Notes under the pieces: model-generated
Database searches by the model: none
What the model was told of the DNA's origin: nothing
The model's input: the letters and a program-made list of their open reading frames with translations, nothing else
Shown: piece by piece, positions 63,131-64,000 of the stretch
Layout of the letters: each line of letters opens with the position of its first letter
Numbering within the stretch: position 1 is the first letter of the stretch
Source of the DNA: Nitrospirota bacterium
GTDB lineage: Bacteria; Nitrospirota; Nitrospiria; Nitrospirales; Nitrospiraceae
Direction: 5' to 3'
Length of the DNA stretch: 64,000 nucleotides
NCBI GenBank assembly: GCA_963703955.1
Contig: CAVPGK010000017.1
Location: 288,001 to 352,000 of the forward strand
Translations under genes and position numbers: made by a program

Positions 63131-63617
63131 CGCCGAAATTGATCACTATCTCTATCGATTGAGCCCATCTCTCAGGACGATCCCAAGACGAACGGCCGGT
63201 GGCGTTGAAGGCGACGACACCGATAATGACGCTTTAAGAATCGGAACAGATACCGGCATGTATCCGCAAGTCCACGATATGTGCCGGGGACTGGCCTTCT
63301 TTAAATGCGTTATCGATCCTTTGATTGTCTTCCCAGTTGGGTGTCCAGACGCGGTCCTGCCAGAGTGGTGCAAACATCCGACACACTGCTGCTGCCGCGA
63401 TGAGCCCCACGTCTCCCCGGAACTAAATCATAACGAATTTGTCGGTAATTTACGCATCCTTAACAGCCCAATTAGAAGACGATAATACTTCATTCCTATA
63501 CTCATGGCCGGTTTATTGCCCCTAAGTGAACCATGCGCTGAAACATGGCTCAGGCCCTGGAAAGCGTTCAGCTCAGTCGGTTCAAGAGCTTCGTTTCGAG
63601 GGTCAAAGCATTCATTC

Positions 63618-63935
63618 ATGAAACAATCAAAAATTGTCGTCGGACCGCTGGTGATTGATAGACTACGCCGGTTGGTCCAGGTAGGAGGTCGCTCCATTCA
63701 CCTAACGCCTAAAGAATTTGCTTTGCTGGTTGCCTTATCAACCCAGCCAGGGAAGCTCTACCGACGTGAGGAACTGTTACGCAGGGTCTGGGGGGAAGGA
63801 GTCTTTGTGGACGTGCGAACCGTAGACGTTCATATGTCAAAGTTGCGGCACAAACTGCGGAAGAACAAAGACGAGCCCATTCTAGCAGAAACAGTCTGGG
63901 GTATTGGTTATCGCCTGCGAGATTCTTCCACTTGA
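63618..63935 (+). CDS. Stand-alone OmpR/PhoB-type winged-helix DNA-binding protein (no receiver domain)
   Basis: LTPKEFALL, REELL..VWG, RTVDVHMSKLR, ETVWGIGY; 105 aa, no recognisable REC domain upstream. Confidence 0.82.
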   Translation: MKQSKIVVGPLVIDRLRRLVQVGGRSIHLTPKEFALLVALSTQPGKLYRREELLRRVWGEGVFVDVRTVDVHMSKLRHKLRKNKDEPILAETVWGIGYRLRDSST

Positions 63936-64000
63936 ATTCTTCCACTGAACTTGCCTCATCACTTGCGCGGCGGCCCTCCAGACGATGTGCTGAATTAATC

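Noticed and set aside
63152..63500. Minus-strand ORF fragments downstream of pit
   Set aside because: Interrupted by stops with no identifiable family; may be a remnant but cannot be supported.
1..64000. CRISPR array, rRNA, intact transposase or integrase, prophage genes
   Set aside because: None recognised by eye; the many antisense and overlapping ORFs in the track are high-GC shadow ORFs.

Overview
This window looks like a Nitrospira chromosome segment, based on the Nitrospira-type periplasmic nxrA/nxrB and the gene content. From left to right it holds: (1) glk-rpiA-M1 aminopeptidase; (2) an accessory patch at 4.5-8.3 kb with a methyltransferase, a ParE remnant, an integrase-less integron relic (one complete gene cassette with attC), a PEP-CTERM beta-propeller and DUF2127; (3) tandem MFS genes, an orphan membrane protein and a large double-Cache membrane protein; (4) pfp, DUF748, ybbAP/tesA, dedA, SWIM, ChaN and moxR-DUF58-tgpA; (5) tRNA-Gly(GCC) with a ~12.2-kb integrase-less island that duplicates the 5' half of the tRNA. 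The island carries a CarH/LitR-type AdoB12 photoreceptor with 11-bp operator repeats, divergent from a gene run of three secreted non-canonical FGE-fold proteins, a His-rich periplasmic protein, TIGR01777, DUF4149, PDZ, photolyase and DUF523-DUF1722; (6) heavily frameshifted nxrA-nxrB; (7) a phosphate cluster (RMD1-like, phoD, slp, ppk1, corA, pit, receiver-less PhoB-type wHTH) with three candidate pho boxes. Many genes carry single-base indels, some in homopolymers. This suggests long-read consensus error, so pseudogene calls are tentative. All family calls are from motif recognition, not from database searches.
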